Below are positions 20,728-31,747 of a DNA stretch of 64,000 nucleotides, in pieces. The translations under genes were made by a program, and so were the position numbers. This stretch comes from an uncultured Acidobacteriota bacterium (GTDB lineage: Bacteria; Actinomycetota; Acidimicrobiia; Spongiisociales; ZC4RG35), in assembly GCA_963828465.1 (NCBI GenBank), contig CAWHEU010000002.1, forward strand, positions 32,001-96,000. Reading direction: 5' to 3'. Within the stretch, counting starts at the first letter, position 1; each line of letters opens with the position of its first letter. Below the pieces are notes generated by a model. It saw only the letters and a program-made list of their open reading frames with translations, did not search any database and was not told the DNA's origin.

Positions 20728-20840
20728 CTTCGAACTCCTCGGTTCTCGGACAGGGCTCGACAGTGTATAAACCGCGCACCTTGCAACTGGGTTACAGGTG
20801 ATCGACCGCCGGTCGAATCTCCGGTGCAGCCTTCAGCGGC

Positions 20841-22225
20841 TCAGGACTCGGCGGGTGGGATGTTTTGGTTGAGCCGGAACAGATTCATCGGGTCGTATCG
20901 GTGCTTCACCTCCCGGAGCCGGTCCCAGGTCTGGCCCGGATACGCCTGCCTCACCCTCTCGTTGCCCTCGTCGCCGATGAAGTTGACATAGGCCTCGCCG
21001 TCGTCGCCGAGGGCTGTGGCGAGACCGTCGACCCAAGATTCATGGGTCTTGGCCTCATCCGGCTGCTGGAACATCGACGCGACGTTGAGCATGATCGGCC
21101 GCCGTCGATGGGCGTAGGCCGTTGCACCGTCGGGCACCCGGGAGATGGCGCCGCCCAGAACCCTGATCTGAGTCACCGCCATCGAAGCGCTGGAGTTATT
21201 GACCTGCTCGATGATCGTCATCGCGGCGGCACGATCGAGGTCGTCGACGAAGAAGTTGCGCACGGCGAACACTCCTGGTGGCGGACCCTCCTCTTCTTCC
21301 TCATAGATGCCCGAATAGCGCCCTGGCTCGACCATGTCAAGCAAGGGAGTGGCCAGCTCCCGGAAGGGTGCGACGACGGACTCGCCGGTCTCCGGGTGGC
21401 CGGAATAGACGAGCAGGCCGAAGAGAATCACCTGCCCGTGCAGTTCCTCGGGGAGAAACGGCATCGGCGGCGCCTTCATCACGTTGGCGATCGTGGAGAG
21501 CTCTTCCGGAGCCGCGGCCGCCAATTCGACGAACCCGACAACGGTGTCCGTTGTGGCGGGAAGGATCAGCATCCCGCCCAAGATCTCATCCACTTCTTGC
21601 AGTCGAAACTGGAATCGGGTCGCCACGCCGAAGTTTCCACCCCCGCCACGAATCGCCCAGAAGAGGTCCGGGTGGTTCTCGGCGTCGACACGAAGGACCT
21701 TGCCGTCGGCGGTGACCAGCTCGGCGGCGAGGAGTGAGTCGATCGTCAAGCCGTGCTTTCGTGAGAGAAGCCGACGCCACCTCCAAGGGTGATTCCTCCG
21801 ATTCCGACGGAACCGTTGTCACCGAACCCAACGGCGAGTCCATGCTCGCCGAGGGCATTCGTCAACTCACTGGCGGTCAATCCGGCTTGGGCCCAAACGG
21901 TGCGCTGTTTCGTGTCGACATGTACCCCCTTCATCGCCGATAGATCGAGGACGATCCCTTCATTGGAGGTTCCGTATCCGGCGATGCTGTGGCCGCCGCT
22001 GCGGACAGCCAGCTCTGTTCCGGTATCACGGGCGACGGACACCACGTACGCGACCTCGTTGGAGTCGGTGGGGCGGACGATCACATCCGGCTTGCGATCG
22101 ATGCCGTAGTAGACCGCCCTCGCTTCGTCGTAAGAATCATCTTCTGGTGTGATCACCTCACCATCGAGGACCTCGCGCAGCTTTGAGATCGACAATTCCG
22201 TTGTGGTGATGGATGGGTTCTGCAT
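20841..22225 (-). CDS. FAD-binding oxidoreductase (FAD_binding_4 + BBE), frameshift near 21765
   Basis: RSGGHS, VGIGGITLGGG, DLFWAIRGGGGNFG, YVNF, KHRYDPMNLFRLNQN. Confidence 0.93.
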
Positions 22226-22274
22226 GGTTACTCCTCTCATCGGCGCGAGTGGATAGCTGTGGGGTTACCCCTTC

Positions 22275-22307
22275 GATTCAGACCGCAATTGGAGCCAGAA
22301 TTCATCG
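22275..22307 (-). promoter_or_regulatory. SigG/ECF56-type promoter upstream of the FAD oxidoreductase
   Basis: CGATGA-N18-GTCTGAATC. Confidence 0.7.
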
Positions 22308-22386
22308 CGAGATGAGCGAGGTCATCCGGCAGAGGGTGTATTCCCTGTCCGACCGAAGGTGTAGATGACCCATACTGGGGGTGCAC

Positions 22387-23384
22387 ATGACCGAATCGAC
22401 AGCGACCGAAGCCAGGAGCGACGCACCTTCCTTCGAGGACCTGGAGCAATATCGGCGCGAGCTCACCGGCTACGCCTACCGGATGCTCGGTTCCTCATTC
22501 GAGGCAGAGGATGCGGTCCAGGAGAGCTTGATCAGGGCTTGGAGGGCCAGCGACCGATTCGAGGGTCGCTCGTCCCTGAGGACTTGGCTCTACCGAATAA
22601 CGACCAATGTCTGCTTCGACATGCTCGCGGGCAGGGAGCGTCGAGCTCGCCCCATGGACCTCGGGCCCGCCTCCACCGCCGACACAACGCTGCCGGCCCC
22701 GCTGCCCGAGATCACCTGGATCGAGCCTGCCCCCGACAGCATCATTCTTTCCACGGCCACCGATCCGGCCGACGTCGCGAATGTCCGCGGGAATCAGTGC
22801 GTCTCGCCTTGATCACAGCTCTGCAACGTCTTCCCGCCCGACAGCGGGCGGTCTTGATTCTGCGCGAGGTGCTCCGCTGGAAGGCGGAGGAGGTCGCCGA
22901 TCTGCTCGAAACCACGGTGGCCTCGGTCAACAGCGCATTGCAGCGGGCACGAGCGACGCTGTCGGAGATCGAGCCGGCCGAATCGGACCCCTTCCTTCCC
23001 ATGGACGACGAGCAAAAGGCCCTGCTCAGTCGGTATGTCGACGCCTTCGAGAGGTACGACCTCGACTCCCTGGTCACCCTGCTTCACGACGATGTGGTGC
23101 AGTCGATGCCACCCTATGACCTCTGGCTTCGGGGACATGGGGATATCAGGGGTTGGTTCCTGGGCACAGGCATCGGTTGTCGCGGCTCGATCGTCATCCC
23201 CGTCGAGCCGGCCAATGGGCTGCCCGCCTTCGGTCAGTACAAACCAGGACCCGACGGCGGCTACGTGCCCTGGGCGATTCAGGTCCTCGAGATATCACAG
23301 GGCAGGATCGCCGGGCTCAATTTCTTCCTCGACACCGACCGGTTGTTCCCTCTCTTCGGGTTGCCCCTGGTCTACGAGGGGTAG
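22387..23384 (+). CDS. sigG: ECF sigma factor, SigG/ECF56 type with SnoaL-like C-terminus (frameshift near 22790)
   Basis: YRRELTGYAYRMLGSSFEAEDAVQE, FEGRSSLRTWLYRI, LPARQRAVLILREVL, SVNSALQRAR, SMPP, ANGLPAFGQY. Confidence 0.9.
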
Positions 23385-23582
23385 GACCCCGCCCAAGCCG
23401 CAAAGACGGAGCAACTCCCGCAGCCCCGGTGAGGCATTCCGGAACTCGACCGCATATCCCTGGTCGGCGAGGGCGAGCCGAAAGCGGCAAAGTGCCTCGA
23501 CCGTGGCCAGATCGGGCGACATGAGTCCGCCCATGTCACAAACCAGGGCAGGCCTTCTCGATTTTGTTTCTGCGTCCAACAC
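23295..23582 (-). CDS. STAS-domain protein (RsfG-like sigma partner), convergent overlap with sigG
   Basis: LVCDMGGL..PDLATVEALCR, NASPGLRELLRLCGL. Confidence 0.8.
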   Translation of the reverse strand: MLDAETKSRRPALVCDMGGLMSPDLATVEALCRFRLALADQGYAVEFRNASPGLRELLRLCGLGGVLPLVDQGQPEEREQPVGVEEEIEPGDPAL

Positions 23583-23615
23583 GATTGAGACTCTCCCATC
23601 CGGGGAAACTCATCT
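23583..23615 (-). promoter_or_regulatory. SigG/ECF56-type leaderless promoter for the STAS gene
   Basis: AGATGA-N18-GTCTCAATC immediately followed by GTG start. Confidence 0.7.
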
Positions 23616-23638
23616 CATAAGGACCACAGGAGGTGGTT

Positions 23639-24007
23639 ATGTTCGAAAAGACCAAGGCTTTCAGCGGCTTCTCCGTCGACGATATTGCGAAAGCACGCGA
23701 GTTCTATGGAGAGACTCTCGGTCTGGATGTCGATGAGGACAACGGCATGCTTGCCATCCACATCGCCGACGGCGGGGACATCATGGCGTATCCCAAAGAG
23801 GACCACGCCCCGGCGACCTTCACCATTCTCAACTTCCCGGTGGACGACATCGATCAGGCCGTGGACGACCTGGGGAAGCGAGGCGTGTCGTTCGAGCGTT
23901 ATCCACAATTCGAGCAGGACGAAAAGGGGATCATGCGCAGCGATGGCCCCCCGATCGCCTGGTTCCTGGACCCTGCCGGAAACGTTCTCTCAGTCCTGGA
24001 GGAATAG
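23639..24007 (+). CDS. VOC family protein
   Basis: [37 protein letters not shown]; GGAGG RBS. Confidence 0.92.
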   Translation: MFEKTKAFSGFSVDDIAKAREFYGETLGLDVDEDNGMLAIHIADGGDIMAYPKEDHAPATFTILNFPVDDIDQAVDDLGKRGVSFERYPQFEQDEKGIMRSDGPPIAWFLDPAGNVLSVLEE

Positions 24008-24017
24008 GAATCCCTGC

Positions 24018-25364
24018 TCAGAGCTGGCCCGTAGGGCCCGCTATCGAAGCCAGATAGTCGGCGTCGTCGTAACGCTCGAGCAGGAACGCGTCCGAGTAGG
24101 AAGGCAACTCGGTGCCGGTGACGTGTTTGGCGAGCAGATCGGCCGCCCCGGCGGCGACCATGACCCCGAACCCGGAGAGCCCGGCCATCAGATTGAACCC
24201 GGACGGGCCGGCAGGGCCGACGAGGGGGCGGTTCTCCCTGGTCTTGGTGTAATAGCCGCCGTCCACGACTGATTGGGGTAGTCGCTCCCGGTAGACGTCG
24301 AACCCCGGGACCATGGTCGTCAAACCCCGCACCACAACTTCGGGGTAGATGGGATCTTCGGGTAGCGGCCACGAAGGCTCCTGCACCACACCGTGGTACT
24401 CCCACAGACCAAGTAGATACGGCGAGCCTTCTGCCTCCCTCAGGTCGAAAATGGCAGAAGATCGGCATCTCACCGAGCAGGTCATCCCGCCCCTGTTCGG
24501 CCAGAGCCTCCCGCTCCGCGGCGCTCCAGTCGAGCTGTTGAGTGTCGCTCCAGATGACCATCGGAGCATCCCTTGGCACGACACCCAGGTGATCCCGGTA
24601 AGCCACCTTGATGTGAAGCTCCGAGAACAGAGGCAGATCGACGCCGGCCAGGGCGGCAACTCTTCCGGCCATCGGCCCGGCTGCGTCGATGACCACCTCG
24701 GTGGCGATTTCGTCACCACCGGCGAGCGAGACCGACCGGATCGCTCCTGCGGACACGTCGATGCCGGACACCTCGTCGACTACGAACTGCAGCCCTCTCT
24801 CCTTGCTCTGGTCCAGCATCCACGCCCCAGTTGCTGGGCACTGAACCAGCCTGCTCTCCGCACGTGGATCGCCCCCACGGCTTCCGGGGTCAGGTAGGGG
24901 AAGTGATCGAGTACCTCGTCGACCCCGACCAAGATGTCGGCGCCTTCCGGGGCCCCGACGAAACCCTCAGGTGGCGACGAACGGTATGGGAAAGGCCCGG
25001 GATGGAAACGCACCGGACCGGCACCCAGGGTCGAGGTGTGATGGGCATCCTCGACCATTCGGTGAAAGTTCTCCTCGTCTCCGGATACGAAGAGGTAGCC
25101 ACGGCGGTTCAAGGCGAAGCTATTGCCCGACTCGGCCGCCATCGATTCCAGCAGGTCGATCGATCGGCTCATCAGCCCCACCATGGGGAGGTTCGGCCAC
25201 CAATTTCGATAGCACTCGGTCGACTTGTCGGAGGTGAGCGACATGGGCGGGCGTGGATCGACGATCACGACATTCCCGATCCCGTGCCTGACCGTGAGCT
25301 CGTAGGCCGCGGAGACGCCGGCGATCCCTGCGCCCACTACGACGACGTCGGCCGTCCGGCTCAC
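24018..25364 (-). CDS. FAD-dependent oxidoreductase (DAO/sarcosine oxidase-like), frameshifted
   Basis: ADVVVVGAGIAG, VIDAAGP, GYYTKTRENRPLVG, GLSGFGVM. Confidence 0.85.
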
Positions 25365-25365
25365 C

Positions 25366-27314
25366 TCACGACGAGAGATGGTCCCGGACCCGGCGGCGAG
25401 GGCCGGGCCGGTGAAGCCGAGCTTCTCGGCGATGACGGTGTCGGGTGCCGACTCCCCGAAATGGTCGATCGCGAGGATCAACCCATCCGGGCCTACCAAG
25501 CGTTCCCATCCGAATGGGGAGGCCGCCTCTACGGCGACCCTGGGGGCAGTCCCGAGCACGCCGGATCGATATGGCTCGTCCTGCTCGAAGAAAAGCTCCC
25601 GAGCAGGGGAGACTCACCACCCGCGCCGCTATGCCTTCGCCATCGAGGAGATTCGCCGCATCGACGGCGACATGCACCTCCGAGCCGGTGGCGATGAGCG
25701 TGACATCGTCGCCTTCACGGAGCACGTAGCCGCCCTTCTTCACCCCGGCACGGTCGGTCTCCAGGGTGGGTAGATCCTGACGGGTGAGGAGCAGGCCGAC
25801 CGGGCCATCAGTTCGATTGAGAGCGATTTCCCACGCGGCGAGGGTCTCGTTGGCGTCGGCGGGTCGGACCACCCACAGATTGGGCATGGCCCTCAGCGAG
25901 GGGAGGTGCTCGATCGGCTGATGCGTCGGGCCATCCTCGCCGAGGAAGACGGAGTCGTGGGTCCACACCCACACCGATGGGGCCGACATCAACGCAGAGA
26001 GACGGACGGCAGGGCGCATGTAGTCGCTGAAGACGAAAAAGGTGGCGGCGTAAGGCTTCAGCCCGCCGTGCACCGCCAAGCCGTTGGTGATGCACCCCAT
26101 GGAGTGCTCCCTCACGCCGAACGGGATGTCCCGGGCCGACGGGTCGGCTGCTGAGTAGCGACGAGACGAGTCGATGACAGTCTTGGTCGAACGCGACCAG
26201 GTCGGCGGAGCCACCAAGGAAGCCGGGCACCTTCTCTGCGATCTCCGAGAACAGCTTGCCCGAGGCCGAGCGGGTAGCCATCTTCTCACCTACGGCGAAT
26301 CCGGGGCCTTTCAACTCGACTGGGGCCGGGGAGTGCAACTGGTGCCAGAGCTCCCGCTGGTCCTCGCCCGCGCTCTCCAATCGCTTTGCCCATTTCGTGC
26401 GCTCCTCCCTCCCCCAGCCGGTGGCCATCTCGAAGAACTCGTAGATCTCCGGTTCGACATGGAACGCAGGCTCGATCGGGTATCCCATGGCCTCTTTGGC
26501 CAAGGCGATCTCCTCATCGCCCAACGGGGAGCCGTGTGATGCTGCGGTGTCCTGGGCGTTGGGGGCTCCGTGTGCGATGTGGGTATGGCAGATGACGAGG
26601 GAGGCTGATCCTCGAGATTGATCGCAGCCCCTATCGCCTCGTCGATGGCCTCCAGGTCGTGCCCGTCGATCTCCTGGGTGTGCCAGCCCTGAGCCTGAAA
26701 CCTCTTCGCGACGTCCTCGGCAAAGGTGATGTCGGTTGACCCGTCGATCGAGATGTCGTTGTCGTCGTACAGGTAGATCGAGCTTGCCCAGCGCGAAACC
26801 GGCCCGCCAGAGATCCGGCCTCGGCACTCACTCCCTCCATCAGGTCGCCGTCGCTGACGAAGCCAAAGGTGCGGTGATTCACCAGGTCCTCGCCGAGGCG
26901 GGCTCTGAGATGTGTCTCGGCGATGGCCATCCCGACACCGGTGGCGAATCCCTGGCCCAATGGCCCGGTCGTCATCTCGATCCCCAGCTTTTGGTCGATC
27001 TCCGGGTGCCCGGCAGTGTGGCTGCCCCACTGCCGGAAACTCGTCAGGTCGTCCATGGTCAGGGGGAAGCCGCAGAGATGGAGCATCGAGTAGAGGAGCA
27101 TCGAGCCGTGCCCGTTGGAGAGGACGAACCGGTCTCGGTCCGGCCAGTCTGGAACCGTCGGGTCAACCTTCAGGAAACGGCCCCAGAGGGTCACCGCGAT
27201 CTCGGCCATTCCCATAGGCATCCCTGGATGACCGCTGTTGGCCTTCTGGACGGCATCCATGGCCAGCGCCTTGACGGTGTCGACCGCCAGTTTCTCGATC
27301 CCGTTGTTTGCCAT
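25366..27314 (-). CDS. tkt: Transketolase (several frameshifts)
   Basis: [61 protein letters not shown]. Confidence 0.96.
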
Positions 27315-27350
27315 AGGCCCCGGGAGGCTACCGGCGCCGGAGTAGGGCGG

Positions 27351-28105
27351 CTAACCGGGCCGGCAGACCTCGCACGGTCGGAAACCGGCCGATTGGGCGG
27401 CGGCCGTCGAGGTGAAGTCGACCACGTTCCATTGGCCAGATGCCCTGATTACATGACACGTGGGATGGCAGTACACCCCCGTGGCGGGATCGCCCTGGAC
27501 TCGAACATGATGGTCTGCCAGCTCTACGAGGCGCGCCGGCTCCACCCCCTCATGGGTGAGCAGCTCCCACTTGTTGTGGGGCCCACCCAGCGAGTACTCG
27601 CCGAGATGGCCATCGGATCGCACCACTCGGTGGCAGGGGATGATGAGCGGGATCGGGTTGCGGGCCATCGTCGATCCGACTGCTCGGGATGCCCCCGGCT
27701 TCTCCGCCTCCCGGGCCAGCCAACCATAGGGCCGGACCTCACCTCTAGGGATAGTGGCGGCGATGTGGAGAACCCTGTTCTCGAACGCCGTCCGCGACCT
27801 GAGGTCGACCGGAAGACGGCCGGGCGTCCCTGCCTCCATCGCCTCCGGGATATGGCGGCCCCAATCGGCAGGAGGCTCGGCCCGGAGCAAGCGGCGACTG
27901 TGCCGGTTGGCGAACGCGTCTCGTAGCCCTTGGTGGCCAGATCGAGAGACGAGACTCCCTCGGTGTTGAAGGTGACCACGACCTCGCCCAGTGGTGAGGG
28001 GTAGAGGTCGTACCCATCCGCCAGCCCGGTGCCGAGCGCCACTCCTTCGCTGATGCCGTCCGGCAATCCGCCGGCGAGTCCTGACAGTTGGTCTTCGATG
28101 CTCAT
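27351..28105 (-). CDS. Methylated-DNA--protein-cysteine methyltransferase with C-terminal Ada Zn-binding domain (frameshift near 27915)
   Basis: SPLG, IPRGEVRPYG, RAVG..NPIPLIIPCHRVV, then TGVYCHPTC..AGFRPCEVCRP. Confidence 0.92.
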
Positions 28106-28620
28106 TGTTCTTGCTCCATCACTCGTCTCAGGCGGTCCAGTCCACGATGGATGTCTGCCTTGACCGTGCCCTGCGGTCGTCCTGTGGCCTCCGAGATCTC
28201 GCCGATCCCGAGCCCGACCACGTGCCGCAGCACTACCGCCCTTCGTTGGTTGATCGGTAATGCCGAGAGCCGGTCGTCCCAGGCAGTGGTGTCGGGCGGC
28301 TCCGGGTCCTCAGATGCAGCTTGTTCGTGCAGGTCCACGAACGTGGGCCGCCTCGATCGGGTCCGAAGATGATTCCGGCCGAGATTCAGGGCGATGGTCC
28401 ACAGCCATGGCGACAGCCTGAGCTCCTCGAACCTATCCCGCTCGAACTCTCCGAGCGATCGATAGGCCCGGATGAAGGTCTCTTGGGTCAGGTCCTCGGC
28501 CTCCTGATGATCGCCGCATAGACGGCGCAGGCCCCAGTAGAGCCCCGGGCCGGCACTCTCCACCAGGGTGGGGAAGGCGCCGTCGAGGTCCCTGGCCAGG
28601 GCTGCGGTCAGATCATCCAT
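28102..28620 (-). CDS. ECF RNA polymerase sigma factor
   Basis: EAEDLTQETFIRAY, WLWTIALN, LPINQRRAVVLRH, GTVKADIHRG; ATGA overlap with the methyltransferase. Confidence 0.93.
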   Translation of the reverse strand: MDDLTAALARDLDGAFPTLVESAGPGLYWGLRRLCGDHQEAEDLTQETFIRAYRSLGEFERDRFEELRLSPWLWTIALNLGRNHLRTRSRRPTFVDLHEQAASEDPEPPDTTAWDDRLSALPINQRRAVVLRHVVGLGIGEISEATGRPQGTVKADIHRGLDRLRRVMEQEQ

Positions 28621-28629
28621 CGCAAGGAG

Positions 28630-28656
28630 AACACCAAACGGGATGCACGGGTTGCA
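28630..28656 (-). promoter_or_regulatory. Candidate ECF-type (autoregulatory) promoter
   Basis: TGCAAC-N18-GTT, 9 nt upstream of ATG 28620. Confidence 0.4.
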
Positions 28657-28674
28657 CCTTCGCACCGTACTTAC

Positions 28675-29400
28675 ATGAGGGCGATGGACGGCTCATGGGT
28701 CGGGGCGACTCTGGACGAAGCGGAGCGGGCGGTCTCGACGGGCTCGCCCATCGGGCCCAGCGGCTTCTGGAAGGCGGTGGATGCAGTCAAACGCGACCCG
28801 GACCTGATTGAGCAATTCGCCGACCGGATTGCCCGGATCGACCGGGCTGCGTTCAAGACCTGGGCGCTGATCGCGGTCCCGATCTGGCCTGGCACCGTGC
28901 TGATCATTGGGGCGACCCTCATCGGCCTGGTTCTGGTGGGTTGGAGCTACTACCTGGAGGGAACCGGATCGGCCGTGGCGTTCTTGCTCGGGTTCGGGAT
29001 CATCCTGGTCACGACCCATGGTTTGACCCATCTGGTGGTGGGCACTCTCATGGGGATGAGATTCACCCACTGGTTCGTCGGGAAGCTCACCCAGCCCCAG
29101 CCCGGGGTGAAACTCGACTACGCCACATATCTCCGGGCGCCGGCTACCTCGCGGGCCTGGATGCACGCGTCAGGAGCCATCGTCACCAAACTGATGCCGT
29201 TCGTGTTTCTCGGCGCTGCGATCGCCGCCGGGGTCCCGACGTGGGTCGTCTGGGCGCTGGTGGTGATCGGGCTGGTCGAGATCGGTGCCGACATCGTGTG
29301 GTCGACCAAGAAATCCGACTGGAAGAAGTTCAAGCGGGAGATGGAGTTCGTCTTCTCCTCCCGTAGGGGGGAGTACCGGCGGAGCCGGGGAGGGGGGATC
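28675..29400 (+). CDS. Membrane protein with M50-peptidase-like motifs (3' end uncertain, runs into repeat)
   Basis: Several TM segments; THGLTH, HASGAIV, KSDW. Confidence 0.6.
29353..29400 (+). repeat. REP-like double-hairpin repeat, copy A
   Basis: TTCTCCTCCC-GTA-GGGGGGAG-TA-CCGGC-GGA-GCCGG-GGAGGGGGGATC. Confidence 0.85.
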
Positions 29401-29403
29401 TCC

Positions 29404-31063
29404 TCAGTCCGCGTCCTGATCTGCCATGGTCGGGATCGAGCCGTCGGTCTGATGCATTTCCTCGTGGGTGCTGATCAATTCAGCGAAGTTGGGAGGGTCT
29501 TCGACGTCGACCGAGATCAGGTGTCTCGTGACCGGGCCTTCCGCCCGATCGAATGACCGGGCTCGGGCGATGATGTCGGCCGAAGCGTCGTCGATGCGGC
29601 GATGCTGGGCCAGGTGCTCCTCCCACGAACCCGTGGCGAAGAGCTCAGTGAGTCGGGTGGGGTCGCTGACGTTCCGCAACAGCCGCCACCGATAGGCGCC
29701 GGTGCGGAGACGCACGAGCCTGACCAGATTCATCACGGCGATGAACTCCTCGAGATCGGCGAGATCGATCTTCCAGGTGTTCAGGATCAGGACCGGCCCA
29801 CCCTCGACCGTCTCCTCCTCGTGTAGTGGGCCGGGACGGTCGGGCGTGAACTCCGGCGACTCGATCTGATCGAGACCCGGCAGGTGAAACAGCGGCACCA
29901 GGGCGCCGAGCACCACCGAAGCCGAGCACAGGATGACGATCGCGGTCCCAGTTCCCACCGTGTCGGCGAGGACCCCGGAGAGGATGGAACCCAGCGGCAT
30001 GATGCCGAGGAAGGAAAAGCTGTACAGCGACATCGCACGGCCCCGGATCCACTCCGGCGCCATCAACTGTGCGGTTGCGTTGAGGTTGGTCAGCGTGAGC
30101 ACCCAGAAGGCACCGGATAGGAACATGAAGAAGGCGGCCATGGCAATGCTGGTCGAGAGGCCGAGGCCGATCCCGACCAGGCCGAACAGACCGATCGTGA
30201 CCATCGGGGCCCATCGGTGGAATCGATCGATGAAGCGCTGTCGCACAACCGTGGCCACCAGGGCGCCGACTCCCATGGCGCCGAGCAGGATGCCGAGGGT
30301 GGTGGCAGTGCCGCCGATGGCCTCGTTGTGACCCGGCAACACGGACTGCACGACCGAAGAGGTAATGGCGAAGAGCGAAACGAGGAGCAGCAGCCGGCGG
30401 AAGACCGGGGTGAACCTGGCGTAACGGATGCCGAGCAGGATCGCGGTGCCGAGCGGTGCCGGGTCGCGCTCCCTCTTCTCGAAGGTGTGCCTCACCATCA
30501 GCAGCCCGGCGATGACGAAGCCATAGGTGAGAGCGTTGATTCCGAATCCGACTGCGGCTCCGAAAACGGCGTAGATGATTCCGCCCAGTGCCGGCCCGAC
30601 TGCCCGGGCCACGTTGAAGGCAGCAGACTGGAGCGCCACCGCCGAGGCGATCGAGACCGCGAGGCACCATGTCGGGGAGCAGGGCCTGCCAGGTGGGGAG
30701 GTTGAGAGCCACCCCGGTGCCGAGGACGAAGCCGAGCCCGAGCAGAAGCCCCGGCGTTATCGCCCCGGACGCGGTGAAGATCGCCATGGCGAGAGCCGAT
30801 CCCCCCATGATTCCCTGGGCGACCAGCATCAGCTTGGTCCGGTCGAACATGTCGGCGAGGGCGCCGGCGGCAAGGGCGAAGAAGAGGAGGGGGAGGGAGG
30901 TCGAGGCCACCATGAGACCGACCCACGTATTGGACCCGGTGAGGTCGAACATCAACTGGGACGAGGAGAGGCTCTGGATGAACGTGCCGAAAGCGGACAG
31001 CATCGACGCCACCCAGAGCGTGCGGAAAGAGCCATAGCGAAGAGGGGCGACCGCCGAGGTCAT
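29404..31063 (-). CDS. MFS transporter (MFS_3/DUF894 type) with C-terminal soluble domain, frameshift near 30655
   Basis: PLRYGSFRTLW, GALADMFDR, FNVARAVGPALGG, RGRAMSLY, SWEEHLAQHRR. Confidence 0.92.
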
Positions 31064-31096
31064 CTCCTACCAGCGTAGGCCCGGTAGGTTCGCGAG

Positions 31097-31729
31097 GTGG
31101 TACGGGACCTCGCCTACTTCATCTCCGGTGACTCAGGCCCGGGACCCGGAGTGATGGTCCTCCATTCGTTCTGGGGTCTCACGCCGTCGGTCAAGAGCCT
31201 GTGCGATGACCTCGCCGATCACGGCTACACGGTCCTTGCCCCGGACATCAACTTCGGCGAGCTGCCTGCCTCGGAGCAGGAGGCCCTCGATCATCTGGGC
31301 AAGGCGGACCCCAACCGGCTGGCCTCGCTGGTCCTTTCCTCGGCCAAGCTCCTTCATGAGAAGTCAACCGAGGGCCCGATCGGGATCGTGGGCTTTGGCA
31401 TGGGCGGGTCTCTGGCTCTCTGGGCATCGGTTCGTCTGGCCGAACTGGTCAGTGCGGGAATCTCTTTCTACGGCAGCCAGCAGATCGACTTCGCCGGGTC
31501 CAAGGCCGCCTTCCTGATCCACCTCGCCGAGGAAGACGAGTACGTGTCGGACGACGAAGCCGCCTTCATGGAGGCAACGATGCGTCTAGAGAACCTCGAG
31601 GTCGAGGTCGATGAGTACCCGGGCACCCGTCACGGGTTCGCCGAGCCCGACGGTGACACCTTCGACCCCGCCGCTTTCGATGAGGCATGGGGTCGGACAC
31701 TGGTCTTCCTGGGCGAGCGACTCGGCTGA
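31097..31729 (+). CDS. Dienelactone hydrolase family protein
   Basis: VLHSFWGL, GFGMGG (nucleophile position is Gly), YPGTRHGF. Confidence 0.85.
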   Translation: MVRDLAYFISGDSGPGPGVMVLHSFWGLTPSVKSLCDDLADHGYTVLAPDINFGELPASEQEALDHLGKADPNRLASLVLSSAKLLHEKSTEGPIGIVGFGMGGSLALWASVRLAELVSAGISFYGSQQIDFAGSKAAFLIHLAEEDEYVSDDEAAFMEATMRLENLEVEVDEYPGTRHGFAEPDGDTFDPAAFDEAWGRTLVFLGERLG

Positions 31730-31747
31730 TCGCAGATCCATGGGCAG

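Noticed and set aside
24780-25559. Transketolase tail fused to FAD oxidoreductase
   Set aside because: Indel near the tkt end; separate TGA (25366) and GTG (25364) exist
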